In this document: one piece after another, positions 1 through 14,052 of the stretch
How positions within the stretch are numbered: the stretch's first letter is position 1
Layout: every line of letters begins with the position of its first letter
From: the human T2T-CHM13v2.0 reference genome, Homo sapiens
Assembly (NCBI RefSeq): GCF_009914755.1
Contig: NC_060928.1
Reading direction: 5' to 3' (one strand)
Length of the DNA stretch: 64,000 nucleotides
Notes under the pieces: generated by a model
Database searches by the model: none
Told to the model about the DNA's origin: nothing
What the model saw: only the letters and a program-made list of their open reading frames with translations
Position numbers and translations under genes: made by a program

Positions 1-2087
1 ACAAAATAAAAAACTTAATAAAGACAACACAGGAAATTATCTTGATAAAACATAAAATCTTTGTTTCGTAGGCCAGTTACCAAAAAGGTAAAGAAAAACC
101 TCCTGTGGTGTGATTGCTTCTCCTCATGGGAAGCCCGTTTGGTTTGCCTGGAAGTAGAAGCTGATGAAAAGTACTTGAATTTAATGAGACATAGGAAGAG
201 GGTGTCCAGTGTTACGAGTGCGCACCGTATTATAGAGGAATGTCAATGTGACAGTTAGTGGCTTGAGCAGGGCAGTACAGGGCTCTAAGTCACAGTATGG
301 GAAGTTTTCTGGTTCCATGGAACAATTCAGACACATCCAGAAAAGCCGAATGTACAGAATCGAGTTATACAGGCGGAAAACAGTGCATCAGACCATAGTA
401 ACACAGTTAAAACTGGAGAAAAAAGTTCCAGGAGCTGACAAAAAAGTTGAAGGAAAGAGTCCTTGCCCTAGCCAAGCAAGCAGCTGCAGCTTCTCAAGGG
501 GAGAGAGTGGAAGGCAGTGATATGCGGCCAGCAGGTCACACGCAGCAAGGCCAAGCCCAAGCCGAGGCTGTCAGATTCACCTGGAGAGGAAGACCCTGCC
601 TGGAGAAATGAAATTGCCATTCTAAATGAAGACAGCATTTCTAACCTCATACGAGGGAAATTAGATGGAGACTAAAATAGAAAAAAGCTGCAGTTCAGAA
701 GCTTGTTTTATAAACATACTTCAGAATTAAAAATCAAAACGTCCTGCAGTTTTACTAATAGCCGATCAATACTTCAGGAAAACCCTGTTGTTCTAACATA
801 AGCGACCACGTTTTTTGCTTTGTATTAGTGTATTTTTAATATTAAAGTTTGGTCTTTAGAAGGACTTACACATAATTTTCTTCTAATTATAACCAACTTA
901 ATCATATAAAATTTATTTCGTAAATTTATCTTTCACAGACTTTTATGACCAATATAGGCCTTCGATGACATCCTTAAGCCTTTCTGCTTTGTTCTGTACT
1001 TCCTCTTTCTTAAAACAACAGGCATTTTACTTTAGGACAAAAATTTACCACACAGGAGTCTTTGTCATACAAAATTATTCATTTTTGTTTTTAACCTTCC
1101 TTACTAAGATACATCTACATACCTATAACTTTCTTCACATCTCTCGCTCTCCTACTTAGTGGTTTCTTTCTCTTTGCTTTCTAAATCCATATTTTGAAAC
1201 AAATTTTAAATAATCTCCAAACTAGACAAAATTACTTTTTTTCAATAAAGAACACATTTTTATTCCTCTCATAATTTTTCTCATCAGAAACATACCTTAC
1301 TTTTCGTATACTTTGTATACTGAAATATATATATGTAAGAACTTTAACTCTTAGTAACTGTAATTTTTAGTGAAAACCTTGGAATCAGTATTTTATAGAT
1401 GAGAACCATTTTATAATTTTTGGAAACATGTTTTCCCGTTACATAATTACTTTGTGTATTAACAGGCAAAAATATATTTAGTCCTTCTCTAAAATTTAAT
1501 AAGCCAAGAACAAACTTACATTTGTGTTCAGCAATGTATGTTTTAGTACTTTATCTTATATGGAAATGACTTAGACATTTTATGAGTATCATTTAATTTA
1601 ACATAGCATAACTTTAAGATTTCAGATTACATGACAGTCTATAAGCACTTTCCCATCTACGTTTACGTACTTTATTTATTTTTAATAATTATACCTAGGT
1701 TACTTATGAAAACTGAGATATAGAAAAAGCTAGTCTTCATTTCAAGTTATTTCCCTTTTCACCATTTGTATAGCCTATGAGTATCAGGTTTTCACCTGAG
1801 AAACTTAAATATAGGGGTATTTTGCTGATAACACAGAAGATACAGCAATTTTGATTAAACTAACAGTGTTAGTCTTAGTCATTAAAAAGCTATACAAATA
1901 AAGATAATTGTGTCTTTAGTCTGGATTTATACTTTTATAACCTTAAGACATCTAGTAGAGATAAATATAATCCTCTCTGACCAGTAAAGCTGGGCAAAAA
2001 TGTATGCTGACAGTTTTGAAGACACTTCTATTTTTATTTTATCAACAAATTTAAAACCAACTTATTTATCCAAGATTTACTTAAGTC

Positions 2088-2399
2088 AGCTGGGTGTGGT
2101 GGCTCATGCCTATAATCCCAGCACTTTGGGAGGCTGAGGCAAGAGGATTGCTTGAGCCCAGGAGTTTGAGACCAGCCTGGGCAACATGGCAAGATCCCAT
2201 CTCTACAAAAAATAAAAAAATTAGGCAGGTATGATGGTACACACCTGTAGTCCCAGCTACTCAAGAGGCTGAGGTGGAAGGATCACTGGAGCCCAGGAGG
2301 TTGAAGCCACAGTGAGCCATGTTTGTCCCACTGCACCCCAGCCTGGGTGACAGAGAAATAACCTATCTCAAAAAAACAAAAAACAAAAAAAACAAAAAA
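2088..2399 (+). mobile_element. Alu (AluJ-like), full length
   Basis: Dimeric Alu with A-rich tail; TSD aagatttacttaagtca (2072-2088) / aagatttatttaagtca (2398-2414). Confidence 0.95.
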
Positions 2400-4118
2400 G
2401 ATTTATTTAAGTCACACGAACTAAAAAGCATTTGGGTTAATTACTATATATTTTACATGAGTGCTTGTTTAAGCCAATCCAAATAGAATTTCTTAAGGGA
2501 TTTCTGGCTAACTATGTCAGATTTTATCATGTAGATGTAACATACAATATGTATAAACATACATAAAAGCAAATACAGACACAAATAAAGATCTTATGGC
2601 TTTCATTTTAGAATTTTGGTCATGAAACAGAAAAACATAGTAATACAAATTCACTGGTTTATAAAATATAGTTGGATCAAATTATATTTTTGACAAAACG
2701 GAACTTTTATCTGTGGCTAAGTTCTGTTTACCCTGATAAGTAATTAATGAAGGCTGTGGACCAGAATTATGGATAAAGCAGTTTTCATAGCAGTTTGACT
2801 TTTAAAAACCTTTTAATCCTTTTTTCAGATTCAATTGAATTTAGGGTTGAATATTCAAATGTTTACATTTTAGCTAGGCCTGGCTAAATTGTATTAAAAA
2901 AAAACAACAAAATTTTCAGGTTGCCTTGAATTAGTAACAAATCTTTTTGTTTGTTTGCTTTTTCTGGCTCTTAAGTGTCAGACAAAATAATTTTTATGTC
3001 AGACAGAGATACCTTTTAGTATTGCTCTGAGCTTAAGGTTTTAACCTGTTTGATCTGACAGCCCTTAGCTTATATAAACATTTATAAAGTTTTTTTTTTA
3101 GAATATCGATTTTTCAATTAGCTTTTTCATCACCCTAAGCAATTGTTAGACAAACCTAAATTTACATTTCCAAAAGGTGTCTGCATCGTTGGTTGCCATA
3201 GATTTGGCATAATTTATAAAGCCATTAGTTTGAAAGCCCTTTAACACTTAAAAGAAAATCTTAGTTTCCATAAGCAATGAGTTTATCTTAATGCTGGCAG
3301 AAAAGTCATCAGATTCAAAGTTGGCAGAAAAAAGAGATGGAGAGTTAACCCTGTAGTTAGTTGCAGTTTTTGACAAGCTTAGACAGAAAATGGCTGTCCA
3401 GTGCTGCGTTTTTCCTGATGTAGTTTGCCCATCACCACACGAGAACGGACCACAGTATAGCTGGCCAGAGTCCTAGAAGACTTGGTGTGCCTCAATGTTT
3501 AAGAATCCCATTTCATTTCTTATTAATCTCTCAAGAGCAAAGAAAATCCTATAATTCCTGTCAGGGAGTTTAGACTGGTGCCTTATGTGGTGCTGACTGC
3601 CCTTGTTAATTGGCCATCCCATACCCATTATTTAGAATCTTTATTTTTGCTCTCAGATCATGGCCAGAATCAAGCAAGGGAAAAAAGAGCCAAATCATAT
3701 ACAGATGTGTGTAAGCAAATCAAAATAAAACAAAAAATAAGTGTGTTCACAGAAATTTTAAGCCAGGCATGCAGTCCAAACAAAACATTAAACCGGGTGT
3801 GCAGAACCAGACAGAATATAAATTCTGTAGTAACCAGAGGGACATTGTCCTTATACCAGAAGGGGCTTGCCAGAAGAGACAAAAGGTCTTTTATCATCCG
3901 AGACAGATGCAAGGTCCTTTATTAAGGTCCTTTATTAACTCAGATCCCAAATGAAGTAAAAAAGAGCTTCTAACAAAAAATGGGAGGCTTGGTTTGAGAG
4001 GAGACTTTCAAGGGCAGAAGAGGCGAGTCATGGAAGCAGAGAGCTCAAAGGGCTCAGTTGAGTGCCTCATACCAGTTCTAAGAATTGATGATTCTTTCCA
4101 CAGGTGATCCTTCTCCAC

Positions 4119-4136
4119 ATCCCACTTCTGACACCA
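4119..4136 (-). other. Retroviral primer-binding site complementary to the 3' end of tRNA-Leu(CAA)
   Basis: The + strand reads atcccacttctgacacca (the last 18 nt of tRNA-Leu-CAA including CCA). On the - strand this is TGGTGTCAGAAGTGGGAT, 4 nt downstream of the LTR end. Confidence 0.85.
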
Positions 4137-4140
4137 TTTA

Positions 4141-4579
4141 TGTCATCCTAAATAACAAATAGGGAGGGAGACTCTCCAAAAGAAAATGGTATTTATTCAG
4201 GAATAGGCATTGCGATGGGATACACATTATGGTAAACTATGTGCATATTCAGGGAAGTAGTGGAAGATAAAGGTTTCTAATGGAAAAATGAATATGATTA
4301 CATAATCGTTTTGAGATAATTTTTCTTGGCTACAAGGATCAATAACAAGGGTGGCATGATTCTGAGGCTGGACAGGCAGTTGCTAGGCAGATGTCCTCGC
4401 AGAAGTAATTTGCGTATGTGTGTAAGGTTGTTTGGCCTTTGTGCAAGGTTGTAGTTTTCCAGTCTTTTGTAATAAGTCTTGTTATCAGGCATTTGAACCC
4501 TGCCTTCCCAACCTTCCCTAGCTCTGTTGATCAGGGTTTTTAACATAGTGACTCCGTTTTGAACCTGACAACTTTCACA
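4141..4579 (-). mobile_element. ERV1 5' LTR (MER65-like)
   Basis: The - strand begins TGTGAAAGTTGTCAGG...AAAACGGAGTCACT and ends ...TTATTTAGGATGACA (TG...CA termini), with an AATAAA and an adjacent PBS. Subfamily named from memory of the consensus. Confidence 0.8.
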
Positions 4580-5800
4580 AACCCAAAGAGGCCTACCAGC
4601 CATTGGCTTCTGTCTGACAGACAAGAGTTGTGAGTTAAAATAATTTGTCCCTTTCTTTGGAAGGGATGTTTGACTCCTAAAACTTTGCCGATGGGGCAGG
4701 CCACTGAGTCTCTCTAGGTTCTGTCTCGCACCCTCCAGAGTGCGTGTGGTGTGCCAAGGCCTCCGGCGTACTTTCCGCTTCTTGCTCATCTGCTCCAGTT
4801 AGCCTGATGTTAAAGGTATAATGAGCCACTGTGATGTTCTGAGTTGAACCAGATCATACAGGCCCTCTGGGACTACTTTGCTGGAGGGTGGGAGGGTTAA
4901 CGAGGCCTGGGGCAGGACTACAAACGTACACTACTGCCTAGCCTATGTGAGAGTGAACTGAGTTTCATCTTTCTGATAGGAATGGAAAAGAAGGCGTTCC
5001 TAGATCAGTGTGTGCACACTGCGTCCTGGGGGGATGTTACTGTACTCTAGCAAAGGTACCACATCTGGCACAGCAGCTGTGAATGGCGCTGCTTCTTAGT
5101 TAAGTTTGTGGTAGCTCACTGTCATCACCGTGATCCATCTGAACTTTGTAGGACCGGACTGGTATGAGTTAACTTGGGTATGACAGGGACTACCACTTTC
5201 ACCTTTTTTGAAGTCTTCGAGGATGGTACCAGTCTGGGCTGTTTCTTCCCTGATGTGGCATTGTTTTTCACTAACCGTCTTGGTTTGAGTTGGGGGAAGG
5301 AGACTGTGCCACGGGCTTCTCCTTGACTTTTCCAGCTTAGTAGCTCTTACCTAGTGAGTGAAGGAACCAATGTGAGGGTTCTGCCAGTCATTTCATGTAT
5401 ATATTTGGGAACTAGGGAAATGACCATGGGTGGATCTGTGGATCTGTTGTGAGCTAGACTGGGGCCAGGACTCCCTTCATAACCTGGCTTCCATACGCTC
5501 CCTCTTTATAGGGAGAACGTGGTAGTGCTTTGGGTCCACAGATAGTGTCCATTCATACCCTAAGTTCAACAAAACCAGAAAGCTCTGGGCACTCCCCTTT
5601 CCTTAACACACTACTTCCCAAGCAAGTGGCCAACAGCCCTATGGAGAAAGACTGGGGAAATGACTATTGATGACACATGCCTTGGTGTTACAGGGACCTG
5701 CCTAATTCTGTTCTGGCGTTCCTTTAATTAGTGGCTTCCAGGTTTGAGAAATGGCTCACATTTTTCAAATTGGACAAAGGATCATGACTTTATGGGGGTT
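4580..5800 (-). mobile_element. ERVL-class internal remnant (degenerate protease and reverse transcriptase)
   Basis: The - strand translates, with stops and frameshifts, to LLNLGYEWTLSVDPKHY (cf. LLDTGSELTLIPGDPKRH), MTVSYHKLN, AAVPDVVPLLE, NAFFSIPI, VLPQ and WLVGLFG, collinear with HERV-L pro/pol. Confidence 0.85.
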
Positions 5801-6159
5801 GCTGCCCTAGGCCTTGATTCTTTAAAACTGTGTAAATTAAGCAATACCCTTGCTGGCTGCCCAGCCAGCTTGCCCCAGGAACACCTTGTTTTCCTCCCGC
5901 AACATGGGAAGCCTGGTGGAGCTGAGAATTCCACTTATTGGAGGCTCTGCTCACCTTTACAAGTCCTGAGTGGGGCTCTGCCATGTCTGCCTTCTGGCTG
6001 TAGGGGATTAGGGCTTTATTAGATTCTGCCAGGTACACACCTGCCTTTCACATTTTGTCTTTAGTTGGTACTTAATCATACTGGGTGTGTTGATGACTCT
6101 CTCTCCCAAATGGACTTTCATGTGATGCCACACTCAGTAAGTGCATTCTTCCTAAGCCC

Positions 6160-7486
6160 TTGGAACATTAACAAAAGCTGATGAACCTGGGCATTACATG
6201 TGCTGGACCGTAAAGCAAGTCTCAAAAATATTCAAGCCTGTCCTGCAGAAACTGTTTCCTGCCACAGTGCAGGTACACTGTAAACCAACAGCAAAATGTG
6301 TTTGCTAAGTAAGCAGTCCATTGCAAAATAATCCAGAGTTCACAGACGCAATCACAATGGGAGCTAGAAAGCGTTTTGAAACAAACATCAATGAGAATAC
6401 TACATATCTAAACTTGTGGGATATAGCTGAAACTGCACGTAAAGGAGAGTTCACAGCTTTCAGTGTATACATTAGAAGGAAAATAGAATGTCATCTCAAG
6501 AAGTTAGACAAAAAGTTGTAGAACAGAATTACAGGACGTCAAAGCTAGGCAATAATAAAAGGTAAAAGCATCAAATAATGAAACAGAAAAATGACAAACT
6601 AACAAAAAATAAAGAAAGATTATTTCCCAACTCATTTTATGAGGCTACCATATAACCTTGGTATCAAAAATCTGACAAAGGACATAAGAAAGGGAAATCA
6701 TAGGCCAAGCTTGCTAATAAACATAGATGTGAGAATCCTAAACAAAACATTAGCAAGGTGATTCCAGCAATTTATAAAAAGGGTAACATACACATTTGTT
6801 TCAAGGACACACTATTTTTTAACATTTGAAAATGAATCAATTTAACTTACTATTTTAACAGAATACATAAAAAAAGTATTATCTCAACAGAAGCAGGAAA
6901 GGCATTTGGTGAAATTCGGTATCCATTTATGGTAAAACAAAGTTAAAAGAATTAAAGGGAAATTCCTTAATCTGATAAGGATATCTAAACACTGTGTGGC
7001 ATCATAATTAAGCTTTCCCTTTGCCATCAGGAACAAGAGAAAGATTTCAATTTAAATCGTTACCGGAAGTCCTGGTTAGTGTACTAAGAAAGTAAAAACA
7101 AAAGTTTAAAAAGCTTGCAAAGAAGAAGTGAAAATGTTACTGTTCTCGGATGATGTGATTGTTACTGTTCTCAGATGATGTGATTGTAACAGAAGATCCA
7201 AAAGTCCCGTGGTGGCTCACGCCTGTAATCCCAGCACTCTGGGAGGCTGAAGTGGGCAGATCATTTGAGTTCAGGAGTTTGAGACCAGCCTGGACAACAT
7301 GGCTAAAACCTGTCTCTACAAAAAATACAAAAGTTAGCCGGGTATGGTGGTATGCGCCCATAGTCCCAGCTGCTTGTGGGGCTGAGGTGGGAGGATTGCC
7401 TGAGCCTGGGAGGTCAAGGCTGCAGTAAGCTGCGTTTGTGCCGCTGCATTCTAGGCTGGGGGACAAAGTGAGACCTTGTCTCAAAA

Positions 7487-7517
<31 letters not shown>

Positions 7518-7735
7518 GAAAAAGAAATTCCAAAGTATCTGTAGATCAGTTATTAAAATGAATTAATTCAACAAGGTTGCTAGATATATGGTTAATATAC
7601 AAAAATCAATTGTATATACATTTAGAAAATGACCTATAGATTCAGTGCAGTTTTAATCAAAATGCCAAGAGGTTTTTGATTAAAGAAGATGATTCTAAAA
7701 TCTTCATGCAAATATAAAGGGCAGAGATTATCTTT
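6160..7735 (+). mobile_element. Old L1 ORF2 fragments (interrupted by an Alu)
   Basis: FETNINENTTYLNLWDIAETARKGEF matches L1 ORF2 [34 protein letters not shown] (cf. LFADDMI) at about 7140. Confidence 0.85.
7206..7525 (+). mobile_element. Alu (AluJ-like)
   Basis: Alu dimer with long poly(A) at 7483-7506. Confidence 0.93.
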
Positions 7736-7740
7736 TTCAA

Positions 7741-8043
7741 TTTTTTTTTTTTTTTTTTTTGAGATAGCTTCTTGCTCTGTCACCCATGCTGGAGTGCAGT
7801 GGTGTAATCTTGGCTCACTGCAACCTCTGCCTCCTGGGCTCAGGCGATCCTTTGGCCTCAGCCCCCTCATATAGCTGGGAGTACAGGAGTGAGCCATCAT
7901 GCCCGGATAATTTTTGTATTTTTTGTAGAGACAGGGTTTCACCATCTTGTCCAGGATGGTCTCAAACTCCTGAGCTCAAGTGATCCACCTGCCTTGGCCT
8001 CCCAAAGTGCTAGGATTACAGGCATGAGCCACCATGCCTGGCC
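7741..8043 (-). mobile_element. Alu (AluJ-like)
   Basis: Poly(T) followed by reverse-complement Alu ending gagccaccatgcctggcc. Confidence 0.93.
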
Positions 8044-10535
8044 TTTCAATTTATTTTAATTGTGGTAAAATACATACAACAAAATTTATTATTTTAACCA
8101 TTTTTCAATATGCAGTTCAGTGTTATTAAACTCTTTCATAATGTGCAACCATCACCACCATCCATCTCTAGAAGTTGTTTCATCTTGTTAAACTCTATAC
8201 CCCTTAAACACTAATTCCCCATTCCCCCCACCCCCAACCCCTGGCAGCCACCATTCTACTTTCTATCTCTATGATTTGGACTATTCTAGGTATCACTAGA
8301 ATAGTATTCACTATTCTAAGTGAAATCGTACAGTATTTGTCTTTTTGTAACTGGCTTATTTCACTTGGCATAATGTTCTGGGGTCATCCATGTTGTAGCT
8401 TGTGTCAGAATGTCCTTCCTTTTTAAGGCTGAATGATATTCTACTGTATGGATATACTCACATTTTGCTTATCTGTTCACCTGTTGATAGACACTTGTGT
8501 TGCTTCCGTGTTTTAGCTATTGTGAATAACACTGCTATGAATATGGGTGTATAAATACCTGTTCGAGTTCCTGCTTCCCATTCTTTTGGGCATATCCCAA
8601 AAGTGGAATTTCTGTATCATACGGTAATCCTATTTTTAATTTTTGAGGAACCACCGTACTGTTTTCCATAGTGGCTGCACCACTGGATATTCCTAATGAC
8701 AGTGCACAAGGTTTCCAGCTTCTCCTTGACAACAGCACTTTCTGTTTTTTGATAGTAGTCATCCTAGTGAGTGTGAAGTGGTATCTCATTTTTTTGATTT
8801 GTATTTCCCTAATGTTTAGTGATGTTGAGCATCTTTTCATGTGCTTTTTGGCTATTTGCATATTTTCTTTGGAGAAATGTCTACTCAAGTCCTTTGCCCA
8901 TTTTTTAATTGGATTGTTTGTTTTTGTTGTTGAGTTATAGAAGTTCCTCTGTATGTATTCCAGATATTAACCCCATATCAGATACGTGATTTGCAAATGT
9001 TTTCTCATTCTGTGGGTTGCCTTTTTACTCTATTGATATTATCTTTGGTGTACAAAGTTCTTAAATTTTCATGAAGTCCAATTTATCTATTTTTTCATTT
9101 GTTGCCTGTGCCTTTGATATCCAGGAAATCATTGCCAAATCCAATGTCTTGAAGAAAACCCTGTTTTCTTCTAAGTTTTATAGTTTCAGGTGTTATTTAT
9201 GTGTTTGATCCATTTTGAAGTAATTTTTGTATATGGTGTTAGGTAAAGGTCCATTTTTATTCTTTTGCATGTGGATATCCTTTTCCCGGCACCATTTATT
9301 GAAGAGATTATCCTTTCCCCATTGAATGGTCTTGGTACCCTTGTCAAAAATGATTTGACTATTTATGTAAGGTTTTATTTCTGGGCTTCCTGTTCTATTC
9401 CATTAGTCTTATGTGTATGTCTTTTTGCCAGTGCCACACTGTTTTGATTACTGTAGCTTTGAAATCAGGAAGTACAAGTCCTCTAGCTTTGTTCTTCTTT
9501 TTCAAGATTGTTTGGGCTATTTAGGGTCTCTTGAAATTCCAAGTGAATTTTAGGATGGGTTTTTCTATTTCTGTAAAAAAGTCATTGGGATTTCAATAGG
9601 GATTACACTGAATCTGCAGATTGCTTTGGGGAGTATTGACATCTTAACTATATCAAGTCTGTCCATCCATCAACATGGGATATGTTATATTTACTTATGT
9701 CTTTATTCCTTTCAGCAATGTTTTCTAGTTTTCATTGTACAAGTCTTTCACCTCCTTGGTTCAGTTAATTCCTCAGTATTCTTTTTATACTATTGTTAAT
9801 GTAATTGTTTTTATAATTTCCTTTTCAGATTATTCACTGTTAGTGTAGAAATGCAACAGATTTTTGTGTGTTGACTTTGTGTCCTCCTGTTGGCAGAATT
9901 CATTTGTTAGCTCTAGTAGGTTTTTTTTTGGTGGAATAGTCTACATAAAATATCTTACCATCTGTGAACAGAGATAATTTTACTTGTTTGTTTCCAGTTT
10001 GGGGGCCTTTCATTTCTTTTTTTGCCTAATTGCTCTGGCTAGAACTTACAGTACTGTGTTGAAAAGAATTGTCGAAGTGGGCATTCATGCCTTGTTCCTG
10101 ATCTTAGATGAAAAGCTTTGTCATTCTCCAATGGAGATGATGTTTGTTGTTAATTTTTCACTAATGCCTTTTATATGTTGAGGTAGTTTCCTTCTATTTC
10201 TGGTTTACTGAGTGTTTTTTTTTAAGTCATGAAAGGGTACTGAATTTTGTGAAATTTTTTTGCATCAGTTAATGATGTGATTTTCCCTCTTAATTTTGTT
10301 AATGGGGTGTATTACAATGATTGATTTTTCATATGTTGAATTACCCTTGCATTATAGGAATAAATTCCACTTGGTGATGGTGTATAATCCTTTTAATATG
10401 CTGCTGAATTCAGTTTGCTAGTATTTGGTTGAGGATTTTTACATCAATATTCATCATGAATATTGGTCTCTAGTTTTCTTGTATTGTCTTTGTCTGGCTT
10501 GATGTCAGGGTAATACTGTCATAGAAGAGGAAGTA

Positions 10536-11172
10536 TTCCTCCTTCCCCTCCTCCGCCTCCCCCTTCTCTCCTTCCTCCCCCTTCTCCTCCTCCTTCTCCT
10601 CCTCTCTGTCCCCCCTCCTCCTCCCCTTCCTCCCCCTCCCCTTCTTCCTCCTCCTCCCCTCCTCCCTCTCCTCCTACACCCTCCCCCTCCCCTTCTTCCT
10701 CCTCCTCCCCTCCCCCTCTTCCTCCTCCTCCCCTCCTCCCTCCTCCCCTCCCCCTCCCCCTCTTCCTCCACCTCCCCTCCTCCCTCTCCTCCTCACCTCC
10801 CCCTCTTCCTCCTCCTCCCCTCCTCCCTCCCCTCCCCTCCCCCTCCCATCCCCCCTCCTCCTCCCTCCTCCCCCTCCTCCCCCTTCTCCCCCTCCTCCCC
10901 CTTCTCCCCCTCCTCCTCCTCCCCTTCTCCCCCTCCTCCTCCTCCCCTTCTCCCCCTCTTCCTCCTCCCCTTCCCCTCCACCTCCTCCTCTCCCTCACCC
11001 TCCTCCCTCTCCTCTCCCTCCTCCCCTTCTCTTCCCCCTCCCCCTCCTCCCCCTTCTTTCCTCCTCCCCGTTCCCCACCTCCTCCTTCTCCCCCTCCCCT
11101 TCCTCCTCCCCCTCCCCCTCCTCCCCCTTCTCCTCCCCCTTCTCTTCCTCCTCCCTCTCCCCCTTCTTCTTT
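10536..11172. repeat. About 640-bp C/T polypyrimidine low-complexity tract (CCT/CCCCT/CTT mixed units)
   Basis: The + strand is almost exclusively C and T. Confidence 0.97.
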
Positions 11173-11330
11173 TAGAAAGAGTTTGAGAAGGATTGGTATT
11201 AGCTCTTCAAATGTTTGGTAGAATTCACCAGTGAAGCCCTCAGGTCCAGGGCTTTCCTTTATCAGGAGATTTTTCTTTATTACTGATTCAGTTTGCTTAC
11301 TAGTTATAGGTCTATTCAGATTTTCTAGTT

Positions 11331-11776
<446 letters not shown>

Positions 11777-12325
11777 GAGATTTTCTGTTTCTTTATGATT
11801 TGGTCTTGGTAGGTTTTGTGTTTCTAAGAATTTAACCATTTCATCTAGGTTATCCAATGTATTGGTGTAGAGTTGTTCACAGTACTCCTCTATAATTCTT
11901 GCTATGTCTGTGGAATTGGTAATAATGTCCCTTTTATCATTTCTGATTTTAGTAATTTGAGTCTTCTCTTTTTTTCCCTTAGTTCATTGAGCAAAGGATT
12001 TGTCAATTTTGTTGATCCTTTCAAAGAACCAACTAGGTTTTGTTAATTTTTTTCTTGTTTTTCTATTTTCTATTTCATTGATCTCTGCTCTAATCTTTAT
12101 TATTTCCTTTCTTCTTCTAGCTTTGGGTTTCGTTTTTTGTTTTTTGTTTTTTCCCTAGTTTCTTAAGTTGTAAAACTAAATTGTTGATTTGAGATCTTTT
12201 AAATTTTTTATGTAAGCATTTAAGGCTATAAATTTCCCCTTTAGTACTACTCTTGCTGTGTTCCATACGTTTTGGTATGTTGTATTTTCATTTTAATTTG
12301 TCTCAGATATTTTCTAATTGTCCTT

Positions 12326-13115
12326 ATGAAGGGCAAAAGAAAGTTACAGATATATCTTCATGATATTGAGGAGGCAAAAGCTTTTAAAACAGACACAAAA
12401 GGCACTTACTGTAAAGGCAGACTGATGATTTTGATTAAATGAATATTAGGAACTTGCACTCATCAAAACATACCGTTCCTAGAAAGAAGGGCGAGAGGAC
12501 AGTGCGGCTAACCCACAAAGGCCGACGGACCCTGAGAATGCAGCACGTCCATGAGAATGACAAACGGCTCAAATGCACAGTGGGCAAGGGATTTGAGTAG
12601 ACATTTTACTACAGGTGCTAGCCAAAGTCACATATGAGAAAGTTTCCAGGCAAATTCCTAGAGTTCCATCATGTGTACCAAGAGCATGTGCAAGAATTCA
12701 AAATAGCAGTATTCATAAGATCCCTACACGGAAGCAGCCTGACTGCCCACCAGTGGTGGAAAGGACAGATAGCCTGTGATTTATTCTTGCAGTGGGATGC
12801 TCGGTGGCTGTAGAAGCTAATGGACTATGGCTGTCTTAATAACATGGATAAACATCACAGAAAGATGGCAGATGCAAGAGAACGCACCTGTGTCATTCCA
12901 GTTATAGAAATCTGGAAACAGGCAAGACTGTTGAAAACCATGGTTTTAGGTTACATGCTTCACTGGTAGCACCATAAAGAAGAGCTGGAACATGGTTCTG
13001 CTTTTCATTGTGAACGGGGTGGGGGCTACGTGGGCTTCACTTCATGATAAACCACCGAGCCATGCTTTTCTGTTTTGTACTCTTCTGAATTTGTGTTATA
13101 GTTGATGACAAAAAT
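12326..13115 (+). mobile_element. Old L1 (L1ME-like) 3' portion, probable continuation of the 6160-7735 element
   Basis: Degenerate L1 ORF2 end and 3' UTR motifs (atatcttcatga...; ttgtgttatagttgatgacaaaaa); aagggca occurs on both sides of the nested insertion. Confidence 0.65.
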
Positions 13116-14052
13116 GGCAGCTTGATTGTGAGTACTTTTTTCCCGCCCTTTTGAATGGCTGGGGCATCAGCCCGGAGCAGGCTGTGTTAGCGTCTGGGAT
13201 GAGGGTTTGAAAGTGGGCCTGAAAGCAAGATGGGGCCTGGGACCTGGGCGCATGAGCAGAAATGGCGAGGGGCAGGCTGGCCTGTGAGCCGGGTGGGATG
13301 GAAACCGAGGGCATGAACTGGCGCCAGGTAGCAGGAGCGAGGGAAGGCCCTCAGTGGGGAGCACCTGGAGGAGCTCCCGAGGCAAGAGGTGGAGGTCAGA
13401 GGATGACATAGCTGCTCTGGGAATTGCAGGGGCGAGTTTTGTTTGTTCTGCAAGGGAGGCAGTGACAGGCCTGTTGAGGAAGGATGCAGTCAGAGGGGAC
13501 GTCTCTGCCTTCCAGGTGTTAAGTCAGGTTCAGACAGAGATGGTCTAAAGTGTTGGCGAAATGTCTTCGAGCTACACCAAGGGCCTAGAAGACAGGCCCA
13601 CGTGCATCAGTGCCTCTCACAGGACAGGCTCCTGGTAGAGCTGTGTTCTTGGGACTGAGGCTTGCAGGGAACAATGCCCCCAACCTGCCTGGGGAAGTCA
13701 GTGTTGGGAGCCAGGAGCCAGCGTGTAGCGCTCCCCCTCGTCACCCTCACCCACAGCAGGCTGCGGCCCCGAGGGGGATGGAGGGCGGCCGTCCGCTGTG
13801 GATGGAGCTGGGCTGGTGCACTTGGGTTTTGTTCACAGGTTTCTCCACGTGTGTTCCCTGTCTCAAAGGGCAGCGGCAGTGAAGGAGGGGTAGGGTGCTG
13901 GGGACCGAGGTGGGGGACATGGGGTGTGGGTGGGGTTCCAGACCCTGCCCAAGCCAGGCAGGACTGGGTCTGCAGGACCTCCTGTGAGTGCCAGGTTGAG
14001 GGGCACATTTTCCCTTAGCTGTCCTGACCAGTGTGTCGCCTCATGTCATGAA

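Larger units (their letters stand above)
1..4140 (-). mobile_element. ERV1 (MER4-group, probably MER65-int) internal sequence, interrupted by an Alu
   Basis: AT-rich non-coding MER4-group-like internal sequence directly adjoining the LTR at 4141 through a tRNA primer-binding site; it continues off the left edge. Confidence 0.7.

Noticed and set aside
4298-4789. 163-aa ORF on the - strand
   Set aside because: Chance read-through across the ERVL/LTR junction, largely out of the RT frame.
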